Source of the DNA: a virus
Lineage: Duplodnaviria > Caudoviricetes
Strand: one strand, 5' to 3'
IMG/VR virus record: IMGVR_UViG_3300048849_000155
Coordinates: 1-42,079 of that record
Length of the DNA stretch: 42,079 nucleotides
Every line of letters starts with the position of its first letter. The first letter of the stretch is position 1. The notes under the pieces were generated by a model. It saw only the letters and a program-made list of their open reading frames with translations. It made no database searches and had not been told where the DNA came from. Made by a program: the position numbers and the translations under genes. Below, one piece after another: positions 16,229 through 24,985 of this stretch.

Positions 16229-17501
16229 CATCGAACGTCTGGTGTCGAAGGCTCAGCTGCTGTCCCTTGTGGATGCGTCGAAGCGAAAACTGGCGCTCTG
16301 GTACGGGTCGGTGTCGGCGGGTAAGACGGTCATCAGCCTGTGGGCGTTCCTCTTGGCGATCATCGCCGCACCTCGCACGGGCATCATCGTCATCGTTGGC
16401 GGGTCGCTGCAGACCATCTACCAGAACATCTTCGTGCTGTTCCAGAACACGGCGATTTTCGGCTCGATCATCTCGAACCAGATCCACTACACGCCCGGCG
16501 CGACCTCAGCGACCATCCTCGGCCGCGAAGTCCTCCTCGTCGGAGCGAAGGACGCGAAAGCGGTCGGCCGCATCCAGGGCGCCACCGTGGTCCTCGCCTA
16601 TGTGGATGAGGCGGCGCTGCTGCCCGAAGAGTTCTGGAACATGCTCGTGTCCCGACTTCGTGTCGACGGGGCCCGCCTGCTCGCCACCATGAACCCCGCA
16701 TCCATGAACCACTGGATTCGGAAGAAGTGGATTCTGCAGGGCGCCGAGAAGAACCTCATCTCGTTCCACTTCACGATGCGCGACAACCCGAACCTGTCAG
16801 CTGAGTACATCGCCGACATGGAAGCGTCCTACTCGGGTGTGTTCTACGACCGCATGATCCGCGGACTGTGGACCAACGCAGCCGGTGCTGTGTACCCGAT
16901 GTGGAACCCGGCCGTGCATCAGATCCGCTTCAACGACATGCCCCGTCTCGACACGATCGTCGGTGTCGGCATGGACTACGGAACCACGAACGCCACCACC
17001 GCGGTCATGCTGGGCCGCACAGCGGAACCGCAACCCCGCCTGGTCCTGATGGACGAGTGGGGGTGGAACTCGCGGGAGAAGGGCTACACCCTCTCCGACC
17101 TCGAACTGTCGAAGAGGTTCCGCGGCTGGTTGCCGAAAGAGCACACCCCGTACCCGTCGAACCTGGTCCCCGAGTTCCTGTTCCGTGACCCGTCAGCAGC
17201 GTCGTTCGCGAAGCAACTCGCCGACGACGGTGTGATGACGTGGCCGGCTGTCAACGATGTCCTCCCCGGCATTCAGACCATCGGGAACCTCCTCGACACG
17301 AAGAAGCTGATCGTCACCGACCGGTGCGAGAACTGGCTGTCTGAAGTCACCGAGTACCGGTGGTCTGAGAAGGCCACCGACAACGGTGACGACGAAGTGG
17401 TGAAGGAAGACGACCACTGGCTCGACGGGTCAAGGTACGTCGTCCAATCCACGAAACACATGTGGTCACCATTCGTGACCCCGCACCGCATCGCAGCCTG
17501 A
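16215..17501 (+). CDS. terL: Terminase large subunit (PBSX-like)
   Basis: Walker A GSVSAGKT, Walker B YVDEAA, TMNP, GMDYGTTN, DPSAASF, and DDHWLDGSRY. Confidence 0.95.
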   Translation: MNLSDIERLVSKAQLLSLVDASKRKLALWYGSVSAGKTVISLWAFLLAIIAAPRTGIIVIVGGSLQTIYQNIFVLFQNTAIFGSIISNQIHYTPGATSATILGREVLLVGAKDAKAVGRIQGATVVLAYVDEAALLPEEFWNMLVSRLRVDGARLLATMNPASMNHWIRKKWILQGAEKNLISFHFTMRDNPNLSAEYIADMEASYSGVFYDRMIRGLWTNAAGAVYPMWNPAVHQIRFNDMPRLDTIVGVGMDYGTTNATTAVMLGRTAEPQPRLVLMDEWGWNSREKGYTLSDLELSKRFRGWLPKEHTPYPSNLVPEFLFRDPSAASFAKQLADDGVMTWPAVNDVLPGIQTIGNLLDTKKLIVTDRCENWLSEVTEYRWSEKATDNGDDEVVKEDDHWLDGSRYVVQSTKHMWSPFVTPHRIAA

Positions 17502-17512
17502 AGGAGGCACCA

Positions 17513-19069
17513 ATGGCGCTTCCCGAACCGAACACTTCATGGCCGCCCGCACCGTGGGATGTCGCCTACCGCTCGTATGCGGAGAACGAAGCGTGGTACC
17601 TCGGTGACGTCGACTCCCTCTCCTCGATCTACAACCGTGAGATGGGCACCACACGCCCCTCGCATCGGGTGAAGGGTCAGGAGTTCTCCGGCGGTGTCGT
17701 CGGCGCTGTGTCCCGATTCTTCTGGGGCCGGCCCGTTCCCACTGGCGAGCAGCGCACACGCCTCCACGTCCCTGCAGCGGCTGATCTGGCCACGATCGCG
17801 TCGGACAGCGTGTTCGCCACACCCCCCGAAGTGCAGCTGCTCGAGGACACGAAGATCCCCGAGACCGCTCAGGCCCGTCTCGACCTGATCGCGAATTCCG
17901 ACAGCGCGCACGCCACGTTCAACACGATGGGCGAACTGAAGTCCGTGTTCGGCGCCACCGTCATCACCACCGAGTGGGACCAGGACATCGCCGAGCACAC
18001 ATGGCTTGGTGTGTACGGGGTCGACGTCGTCATCCCCGAGTTCCGCAAAGCCAAGCTGACCGCCTGCACCATGTGGACCGAATACCGGGACGGCAACACC
18101 TATTACCGGCATCTCGAACGCCACGACATCGGCGCCATCGAGCACGCCCTGTACCTCGGTACGGCGGACAAGATCGGCCGCCGCGTCCCACTGCAGGAAC
18201 GCCCCGAAACGGAGCACCTCGCCGCACTGGTGAACGGGGACAGCACAATCCTGACCGGCATCGACCGGCTCACCGTGTCGTACAACATGAACATGCCCAC
18301 CCGTGCGTGGAGGAAGCGCGGCGCTCTCGCGTTCGCTGGCCGTTCCGACTTCGCCGGCGTCCTCCCCCTGTTCGACGCCCTCGACGAAACCATGTCGTCG
18401 TGGATGCGTGACCTGAAGCTCGGCGCCGGTAAAGCGATCGTCCCCCAGCAGATGCTGCAGCAGCTGGGCCTCGGCCAGGGCGCCTTCCACGATGTGGGGC
18501 AGGAATTCTTCCTCGGCCTCAACTCGCCCGGCAACCCGGACAAGATGACGATGGACAAAGTCCAGTTCGAGATCCGCGTCGAGGAGCATGAGCGCACCGC
18601 GAACATGCTGTGGAAAGAGATCTTCCGCTCCGCCGGGCAGGGCACACGCTCCATCGACGGTGAAGGCGCCAACGACGTCACCGCCACAGGTGAACTCCTG
18701 CGCGACAAGCGTGAAGAGACCACCCGGGACAAGAAGATCCTGTACGACAAGCAGGCCATCGCCGAGCAGTCCTCGGTAGCGCTCGAGCTCGACGGGCTTC
18801 TGTTCCGCGGCAAGGGCGGCGGCCGGTTCGTCCTCCCGAACGTGGTGTTCGACGAGGTGTCGCAGGAAGACCCCGAGAAGAAGGCCCGCACACTGCAGCT
18901 GCTCGCCATGGCTGGTGCTGCTTCCACGTGGGCTCTCGTCGACGACGCGCGCCCCGAGTGGGACGACAAGGCGAAGGCGATCGAGGTGGCCCGCATCCAG
19001 CAGGAGAAGGGCTACGCAGCCCCCGACCCGACATCGTTCGACGGTGTCGACCCTGAGCCGCAGGAGTGA
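17513..19069 (+). CDS. Portal protein (SPP1 gp6/A118-like)
   Basis: Position after TerL; 518 aa; GRSDF, DALDETMSSWMRD, QFEIRVEEH and TAT.E motifs. Confidence 0.92.
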   Translation: MALPEPNTSWPPAPWDVAYRSYAENEAWYLGDVDSLSSIYNREMGTTRPSHRVKGQEFSGGVVGAVSRFFWGRPVPTGEQRTRLHVPAAADLATIASDSVFATPPEVQLLEDTKIPETAQARLDLIANSDSAHATFNTMGELKSVFGATVITTEWDQDIAEHTWLGVYGVDVVIPEFRKAKLTACTMWTEYRDGNTYYRHLERHDIGAIEHALYLGTADKIGRRVPLQERPETEHLAALVNGDSTILTGIDRLTVSYNMNMPTRAWRKRGALAFAGRSDFAGVLPLFDALDETMSSWMRDLKLGAGKAIVPQQMLQQLGLGQGAFHDVGQEFFLGLNSPGNPDKMTMDKVQFEIRVEEHERTANMLWKEIFRSAGQGTRSIDGEGANDVTATGELLRDKREETTRDKKILYDKQAIAEQSSVALELDGLLFRGKGGGRFVLPNVVFDEVSQEDPEKKARTLQLLAMAGAASTWALVDDARPEWDDKAKAIEVARIQQEKGYAAPDPTSFDGVDPEPQE

Positions 19070-19073
19070 GCCC

Positions 19074-19211
19074 GTGGAACTGCTCACGGCGGTCTGGCTG
19101 GTCGTCACCGCGTTCGTCGGGTCATCGCTGATACTCGGCACCCTCATCGCGGTGTTCGGCTCCCCCGCTGACCCGTACCCGCTCGAAGACGACGACGTGG
19201 AGGTCGACTGA
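19074..19211 (+). CDS. Small single-TM protein with acidic tail (45 aa)
   Basis: GGAG RBS plus GTG; MELLTAVWLVVTAFVGSSLILGTLIAVFGSPADPYPLEDDDVEVD. Confidence 0.6.
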   Translation: MELLTAVWLVVTAFVGSSLILGTLIAVFGSPADPYPLEDDDVEVD

Positions 19212-19372
19212 TGGAACCGTTCATCATCGTGGGCCTCGCCCTCATCCTCCGCGCGCTCGTGGAGACGTGCCGGGACCACCCGAGTCCCGGCTACGACTTC
19301 CTCGCACTCATGCGTGCCGGCGTTCTGCCGGTGTCGAAGAAGGCCCGAGGTAGGGCGCAGCAGCGGAGGTAG
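19211..19372 (+). CDS. Small hydrophobic-N-terminus protein with basic tail (53 aa, absent from ORF track)
   Basis: MEPFIIVGLALILRALVETC...KKARGRAQQRR; GGAGG RBS; TGATG overlap. Confidence 0.6.
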   Translation: MEPFIIVGLALILRALVETCRDHPSPGYDFLALMRAGVLPVSKKARGRAQQRR

Positions 19373-19375
19373 CTC

Positions 19376-20578
19376 GTGGCGCTCTACGTCCCTGACGACG
19401 ACATCAGCGCGCAGGACCTCATCGACGACCTCGGCCGCTCGCTGGCGATGCGGTACATGAACGCTGAAGACGAACTCATCCGTGAGATCGCCCGCCGCGC
19501 CTACCGCGACCTTGAACTGCAAGCGAAGATCCGCACCGCAGACGATGCCGTGAAGGCTGGTCTGCGGTACGCGCTCGGGCGGAACCGTCAACTCGCCGAA
19601 CTCAACGGCTACCGGGCGCAGACACTCCGGGAGTTGCAGTTCCTCGCATTGCAGGTTGTCGGGCGTATCCGTGATGAGGGCCTTGCGAAGGATGTCATCG
19701 AGACGGCAGCGAAACGGGGCGAGGCTGAGGCTGCTGCACGCCTTTCGATGGCCCGGAAGCTGCCGAAGACGAGCGCGCTCAACGCCTCCTCCACCTCGGC
19801 CACCGCGCAACTCACCCTGTCGCTGCAGTCGCGGCTCGAGACCCTGAACCAGCGCATCACCCGCTACCCGGTCGACGCGTACCAGCGCATTGTCGCTATG
19901 ACCTCCCCGAACGTTCTCCTCGGCGCCTCCACACAGGACCTCGCTCAACGGCAGGCCGTGCAGCTGTTCCTCGGCGAGGGCATCACCGGGTTCGTGGATG
20001 AGGCGGGCAGGCGGTGGAGGATCGGCACATACTCGGAGATGGCCGGCCGCACCTCGGTGGCGCGGGCGTTCAACGATGCTGGCATCCACCGTATGCAGAT
20101 GTCGGGCATCAACCTCGTCACCGTGCAGGGCGGCCTCGCCTCCTGCGATCGGTGTGCACCGTGGGTGGGGAAGATCCTCTCCACTGACGGCACCACGGGG
20201 ACGATCACGGCGATGCACGCCACCACCGGTGAGCAGGTCACCGTCACCATTCAGGGCACCCTCGACCAGGCACGCAACTCCGGTCTGTTCCACCCGAACT
20301 GCTCCCATAAGGCGACCGCATACCTGCCCGGGTTGAGCATCCCGCAGGCCGGCTTCGAGTACAACGAAGCGGCGGACAAGGCGCGGGAACGGCAGCGCGA
20401 GATCGAAGTGAAGATCCGGGCCGCGAAACGTCGCGCCGACACTGCGGGCGACCCGGTCACGCGGCAGCGGGAACTGAACAAGGTCAAGGCCTACCAGCGG
20501 GAGATGCGCGACCACCTCGCCGCGACTGGCCGGAAACGGAACAGCGCCCGCGAACAGCTGTCCTTCGCAGACGGCTAG
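19376..20578 (+). CDS. Phage minor capsid protein (min_cap2/MuF-like)
   Basis: GITGFVDEAGRRW..Y.EMA.RT, CDRCAPWVGKILS, GLFHPNCSH, QREIE. Confidence 0.92.
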   Translation: MALYVPDDDISAQDLIDDLGRSLAMRYMNAEDELIREIARRAYRDLELQAKIRTADDAVKAGLRYALGRNRQLAELNGYRAQTLRELQFLALQVVGRIRDEGLAKDVIETAAKRGEAEAAARLSMARKLPKTSALNASSTSATAQLTLSLQSRLETLNQRITRYPVDAYQRIVAMTSPNVLLGASTQDLAQRQAVQLFLGEGITGFVDEAGRRWRIGTYSEMAGRTSVARAFNDAGIHRMQMSGINLVTVQGGLASCDRCAPWVGKILSTDGTTGTITAMHATTGEQVTVTIQGTLDQARNSGLFHPNCSHKATAYLPGLSIPQAGFEYNEAADKARERQREIEVKIRAAKRRADTAGDPVTRQRELNKVKAYQREMRDHLAATGRKRNSAREQLSFADG

Positions 20579-21045
20579 CTCGGTACGGCGGGCGCAACGC
20601 TGGCGGTCACGATAATCGACGCGACCACGCCCAACACGAAGAACAGAACGCTCAGGCCTACCGACCGCCAGAAGTCGGCCCGGCCTCGACCTGTCATCTC
20701 ATCGGATACTTCGCCCCGAACTAGCGCGGCGACCGCGGCCTGCTGCTCATGGCTCAACGAGGCGATGGTCTGTGCTCGGTCGGCCGCCTCTTTGGCGGTC
20801 TCCGCAGCGGCCGAAAGGGCGTCGATCTCCACGGTGATCTCTTTCGACAAAACGGAAGCTTCGCCGGCCGTGTTCGCGAGTCGCCGCAATTTTGATTCGA
20901 GGGTGTCGTTTTCGTCTTGTGCTCGCTGTCGTCGCCGACGTCGCAACAGGTCCAAGACGGAGAACAAGACAACTGCGAGTCCGAGATACACGATTACCAG
21001 CTGCACGACGATCGAGAACTCGTCGCTTTTGAGCAATTCCAACAT
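20575..21045 (-). CDS. Reverse-oriented membrane moron (TM, coiled coil, TM; 156 aa)
   Basis: Hydrophobic IVVQLVIVYLGLAVVLFSVL followed by RRRRR, heptad-rich middle, C-terminal VGLSVLFFVLGVVASIIV; stop overlaps the minor capsid stop. Confidence 0.8.
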   Translation of the reverse strand: MLELLKSDEFSIVVQLVIVYLGLAVVLFSVLDLLRRRRRQRAQDENDTLESKLRRLANTAGEASVLSKEITVEIDALSAAAETAKEAADRAQTIASLSHEQQAAVAALVRGEVSDEMTGRGRADFWRSVGLSVLFFVLGVVASIIVTASVAPAVPS

Positions 21046-21183
21046 CTCGTTCCCCCCGGCCAGTCCCAGATGACAGCCGCCCAATGCTCTCACGTCGCCG
21101 ACGGCCCTGCTCACGGCGGCGACGTGAGACCCATTCTTCTCCGCGCAGGGCGGAGGAACACCGAGCAGGAGGCTCACATCATC

Positions 21184-21804
21184 ATGACCACCACACACCG
21201 CGTATACGGCCCCACGAAGCTGTCGAAGCTTGACCTCATGGGCATCCGCTTCATGACGGACCCGGCCCCCGCCGCTGGCGCAGGAGACCTGCCCGCCGAT
21301 CCCCCGGCCGCTGCCCCTTCCGCGTCGGCCGCCCCGCCCGCGGCACCTGCTGCTCCCCCAGCCGCCCCCGCCGCCCAGCCGGTCAACTATCGCGGCGACC
21401 CCGACGAGTACGTCCGCGAACTCCGGCAGGAAGCGCGCACCCATCGGGAGGCAGCCGAAGCAGCCACCGCGACCGCAGCCGAACGGGAGCGGGAACGCGA
21501 CGCAGCAGCCGCAGCCCGTGACGAGCTCGCCCGCACGAACAAGCTGATCCTCGCCGCCCCCAAGCTCGGAGCCAACGCAGAGATGCTGCTGGACTCCTCG
21601 AGCTTCATGAAGACATTCGCCTCCGTCGACCTGGCCAAGCCGGACGACGTGAAGAAAGCGATCGAAGACGCGCTCGAGAGGAACTCGGCGTTCAAGGCAG
21701 GACCTGCACTACCCCACGCAAGCGGCGGTGGGCATCAGGGCGGCCACAACAGCAAGTCCACACCCACCCTCGCGGGCGCCGTATCGAAGGCGCTCGGAGG
21801 CTAG
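21184..21804 (+). CDS. Capsid scaffolding protein
   Basis: AGGAGG RBS; Ala/Pro-rich N-terminus, YVRELRQEA coiled coil, LLDSSSF; immediately before the major capsid gene. Confidence 0.85.
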   Translation: MTTTHRVYGPTKLSKLDLMGIRFMTDPAPAAGAGDLPADPPAAAPSASAAPPAAPAAPPAAPAAQPVNYRGDPDEYVRELRQEARTHREAAEAATATAAERERERDAAAAARDELARTNKLILAAPKLGANAEMLLDSSSFMKTFASVDLAKPDDVKKAIEDALERNSAFKAGPALPHASGGGHQGGHNSKSTPTLAGAVSKALGG

Positions 21805-21821
21805 CTCCCTAAGGAGATGAA

Positions 21822-22826
21822 ATGCCAGTAACTCTTGCAGAGACGAAGAACAACGCGGTCGCAGACCTCGATGTTGCCGTGATCGACGAGTTCCGAAAAG
21901 AAACAGCTGTCCTCGACACGCTGATCTTCGACGACGCCGTCAACCCGGTTGGTGGCGGCGCCACCCTCGACTACGGATACCGCCGACTGCTCACGCAGCG
22001 CTCGGCCGCATTCCGCGCCTTCAACACTGAGTACACGCCCGAGGCTGTGACCACGACCAAGGTCAGTGTCACCCTCGCCCCGCTCGGTGGTTCCTTCGAG
22101 GTCGACCGTGTCCTCGCCAAGGTCGGCCCGGCCGCATCGTCGAACGTGACCCTGAATCTTCAGCAGACGGTGAAGAGCACCGTCACGAAGTTCCAGGACG
22201 CCGTCATCAACGGTGACACTGCGGTCGACGCGAACGGCTTCGACGGCCTCGACAAGGCCCTCACCGGCTCGTCCACCGAGGTCGGTGTCGGTGCCGTCAC
22301 GGACTGGCGCGACTTCGACTCGTCCACCCGGGCCGAGCACAAGGCGCTCGACACGATCGACGACTTCCTGTCTTACCTCGACGGTGCACCCACCGTGATC
22401 CTCGGCAACGCTCGCGCGCTCGCCCGGGTTCGCGCTGCAGCCCGCCGCGCAGGGATGTACACGAAGAACCCGATCGACGACCTCCTCGACTCGAACGGCC
22501 GCCCCATCGTCCGCGAGACGTACGGGAACATCGTGTTCATGGACCCGGGCGCCAAGCCGGGCACGAACAACCCGATCATCCCCATCGTCACCCGCACCGT
22601 CGCCACGGTCTCCACGACCGGCCTCACCGACCTGTACGCGTACCGCGTCGGGCTCGACGGTTTCCACGGTGTCTCCACCGCAGGCGGCACCATCGTCCAG
22701 ACGTGGCTGCCCGACTTCTCCACCGCCGGTGCGGTGAAGAGGGGCGAGGTCGAAATGGGCCCCGTCGCCGTCGCACTCAAGCAGACCAAGGCCGCTGCGG
22801 TTCTCCGCAACGTCCGCGTCCAGTAG
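21822..22826 (+). CDS. Major capsid protein (HK97 fold)
   Basis: MPVTLAE..., FRAFNTEY, LGGSFEVDR, INGD...FDGLDKAL, KAAAVLRNV. Confidence 0.93.
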   Translation: MPVTLAETKNNAVADLDVAVIDEFRKETAVLDTLIFDDAVNPVGGGATLDYGYRRLLTQRSAAFRAFNTEYTPEAVTTTKVSVTLAPLGGSFEVDRVLAKVGPAASSNVTLNLQQTVKSTVTKFQDAVINGDTAVDANGFDGLDKALTGSSTEVGVGAVTDWRDFDSSTRAEHKALDTIDDFLSYLDGAPTVILGNARALARVRAAARRAGMYTKNPIDDLLDSNGRPIVRETYGNIVFMDPGAKPGTNNPIIPIVTRTVATVSTTGLTDLYAYRVGLDGFHGVSTAGGTIVQTWLPDFSTAGAVKRGEVEMGPVAVALKQTKAAAVLRNVRVQ

Positions 22827-22837
22827 GAGGACCCCCC

Positions 22838-23236
22838 ATGGCAAAACGCACCATCAAGGCGCCCGTCGAAACCTTCACCGGTTCCGTCGTGGGCGTCCAG
22901 TTCGTCGATGGCGTCGGCAGCACTGACGACGAGGGCGCGATCGCGTACTTCGAACGTCAGGGCTACGACGTCGCCGGCGAGAAAGCAGCCGAGCCGGACT
23001 TCCCGCTCGGCGACCCGAACGAGGACTGGACGGAGAAGCAGCTGCGCGCATACGCGGCCGCCCACCAGAAGGATCTCGGCAAGGCGAAGGGCAAGCAGGC
23101 GGTCTGGGCTGCGATCCAGCCCGGCGGCACCCCGTACAAGGGCGTCACCGAGCCGGACGGCACTGCGATCGTCCACGACTCCGTCACTGACGGGGCCGAC
23201 ATCAAGCAGGACTCCCTGCCGGAGAACCTGAAGTAG
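22838..23236 (+). CDS. Head-associated protein with HeH/Rho-N-like motif
   Basis: AGGAGG RBS; GVQFVDG...AYFERQGY and WTEKQLRAYAAAH; follows the capsid gene. Confidence 0.75.
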   Translation: MAKRTIKAPVETFTGSVVGVQFVDGVGSTDDEGAIAYFERQGYDVAGEKAAEPDFPLGDPNEDWTEKQLRAYAAAHQKDLGKAKGKQAVWAAIQPGGTPYKGVTEPDGTAIVHDSVTDGADIKQDSLPENLK

Positions 23237-23248
23237 GTTCCTCGCCCC

Positions 23249-23283
23249 GGAGGCCGCGCGCACTTCCCCCGCGCGCGGTCTCC
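23249..23283 (+). terminator. GC-rich hairpin upstream of the tRNA (terminator or processing element)
   Basis: GGAGGCCGCGCGC / GCGCGCGGTCTCC 13-bp stem with one G-U pair; no strong U-tract. Confidence 0.5.
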
Positions 23284-23287
23284 GCCT

Positions 23288-23360
23288 TGACGGGTAGTTC
23301 AGTCGGCAGAACGACGGATTCTGAATCCGTAGGCCGCAGGTTCGAATCCTGCCTCGTCAG
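23288..23360 (+). tRNA. tRNA-Gln(CUG), no encoded CCA
   Basis: Acceptor TGACGGG/CTCGTCA with U1-A72 and G73; D arm GTTC/GAAC; anticodon arm ACGGA-TTCTGAA-TCCGT; T arm GCAGG-TTCGAAT-CCTGC. Confidence 0.93.
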
Positions 23361-23394
23361 CACGATCCCACCCACCACCGAACGGAGCGCCACC

Positions 23395-23748
23395 GTGGTC
23401 GAGCAGTACCGCAAGAAGCCTGTCGTCATCGAAGCCGTGCGATGGAACGGGGGCATCACCGGCACGAACCGAGAGGTCGAAGGTGAGCCCGCCGTATCGG
23501 TACTCGACTGGATCGCCGCCACCGGTGGAGATCACAACGGGGCCGACTTCGAAGGCCTGCGTATTCGCACCCTCGAAGGCGTGATGACCGCCAGCCCGGG
23601 CGACTTCATCATCAAGGGCGTGCAGGGCGAGTTCTACCCCTGCAAGCCCGACATCTTCGAGCAGACGTACGAGCTCGCAGAGACCGTCATTGCTCACCAG
23701 TCGTACACCGGCGAGACCCAGTTCGAAACCCGAATCAAGGAGGCCTGA
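23395..23748 (+). CDS. Widespread conserved phage protein of unknown function (KKPVVIEA...YPCKPDIF family, PGDYG-like)
   Basis: YRKKPVVIEAVRW and IRTLEGVMTASPGDFIIKGVQGEFYPCKPDIFEQTYE; GGAG RBS plus GTG. Confidence 0.85.
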   Translation: MVEQYRKKPVVIEAVRWNGGITGTNREVEGEPAVSVLDWIAATGGDHNGADFEGLRIRTLEGVMTASPGDFIIKGVQGEFYPCKPDIFEQTYELAETVIAHQSYTGETQFETRIKEA

Positions 23749-23750
23749 TC

Positions 23751-24221
23751 ATGGCGCGCATCACTCACCCGTACCCGCAGCCCGGCACCGTCAACGACCG
23801 TGTCGGCACCCAGGACGGGCCCGTCGTGTTCATCGACGGATTCGCCGAGGTCGACCTGACCGACAAACCGATCCTGCACTCGTACTACGTGCAGCACGGG
23901 TACGGCATCGACTACGACCTCGACGAGGTCGCAGAAGACGTCGACCTGAACGTGCCCATCGGTGCGCTCACGATCAAGGAACTTCGCAAGGTCGCCGCCG
24001 ACAACGACGTGGACATCCCGAAGGACCTGCGACTCAAGGAGGACATCCTCGAGCACCTCGAAACCACCCTGGCGGAGCGGAAGATCCTCGCTGACGGCGG
24101 CGTAGTCGAAGCGACGCTCGAGGTGGTTCACACCGAGGAGCACCCGTTCGGCATCCTCCCCGAGTTCGACCCCGAGAACCCGACCCGAGAGAGCATCCCG
24201 CTCGACCCCACGGAGGACTGA
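23751..24221 (+). CDS. Head-associated protein with HeH/Rho-N-like motif, resembling 22838..23236
   Basis: VVFIDG...SYYVQHGY and LTIKELRKVAADNDVDIP...KEDIL. Confidence 0.75.
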   Translation: MARITHPYPQPGTVNDRVGTQDGPVVFIDGFAEVDLTDKPILHSYYVQHGYGIDYDLDEVAEDVDLNVPIGALTIKELRKVAADNDVDIPKDLRLKEDILEHLETTLAERKILADGGVVEATLEVVHTEEHPFGILPEFDPENPTRESIPLDPTED

Positions 24222-24227
24222 CGAACC

Positions 24228-24632
24228 ATGGCCCAGCGCCTGTACGCCACACCGTCCGACTACGACGCTCTCGCTGAGGAGGCGTTCGACGGCGAAAACA
24301 CGAAGCTCACGAAGCGACTCCGTGCAGCGTCGATCGAGGTCGAGAAGCTCGTCCGGTTCGCCCGGTACGAGACCGACGACGACGGCTACCCCACGGATGA
24401 CGCCACTTCTGAGGCGTTCACCGAGGCGACATGCGCGATCGTCGAGCACTGGGAGATCACCGACGACCCGACCGGCGCGGAAGCGGCGCAGGGTGCGATC
24501 AAGATCGGCTCCGTGTCACTCGGCACCACCTCGTCCCGTGAGTCATCTGGTGACAGCACGGAGAGCAGGATCGGGTCGAAGGCCATGACGATCCTGTCGA
24601 ACGCACGCCTCGCATCCTTCCTGGGGTACTGA
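24228..24632 (+). CDS. Head-to-tail adaptor
   Basis: YATPSD, LRAAS, EATCAIVEHW, IKIGSVSL; position. Confidence 0.8.
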   Translation: MAQRLYATPSDYDALAEEAFDGENTKLTKRLRAASIEVEKLVRFARYETDDDGYPTDDATSEAFTEATCAIVEHWEITDDPTGAEAAQGAIKIGSVSLGTTSSRESSGDSTESRIGSKAMTILSNARLASFLGY

Positions 24633-24976
24633 TGCCACGCCTGAGGGAGAAGCACCTCCCGCACCGCGTGCTCATCGAACGCATCGAGGGTGAGGGCGAG
24701 AACGGCGTCACCTACGCCGAACCCACCGCCCCGCGCCCCGCGTATGCGGAGCAGAAGAGCCGCCTCGTCGTCGACAGGCGCTCCACCAGCGCCACCGTGG
24801 GCACTGAGGTCACCTCGTCCACGTTCGTCGTCCTGCTGACCGCAGACGACACCCTCCCCGGGTCGTACGTCACCGTCTGGTCCGGCACCCCGAGGGAACG
24901 CCGATCACAGGTCATCGACAGCGCCTACTTCGACTACCGCGGCACCCCGAACCACGTCGAACTGTTCCTCGAATAG
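24632..24976 (+). CDS. Head-to-tail stopper/closure protein
   Basis: Beta-rich 114 aa ending PNHVELFLE; position. Confidence 0.75.
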   Translation: MPRLREKHLPHRVLIERIEGEGENGVTYAEPTAPRPAYAEQKSRLVVDRRSTSATVGTEVTSSTFVVLLTADDTLPGSYVTVWSGTPRERRSQVIDSAYFDYRGTPNHVELFLE

Positions 24977-24985
24977 GAGACCGCC

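Noticed and set aside
17537-20515. 992-aa minus-strand ORF, and similar long antisense ORFs at 28054..30006, 21801..22844, 9833..10747 and 14054..15082
   Set aside because: These are shadow frames opposite well-supported genes. High-GC codon bias removes antisense stops, and the translations carry no motifs.
21046-21444. N-terminal 133 aa of ORF 20575..21444
   Set aside because: It overlaps the scaffold gene antisense and is low-complexity; the membrane protein plausibly starts at ATG 21045.
23288-23360. tRNA as the prophage attachment site
   Set aside because: It is internal to the structural operon and I saw no duplicate of its 3' end in the window.
23287-23394. N-terminal extension of ORF 23287..23748
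   Set aside because: It runs through the tRNA; GTG 23395 has an RBS and marks the start of the conserved domain.
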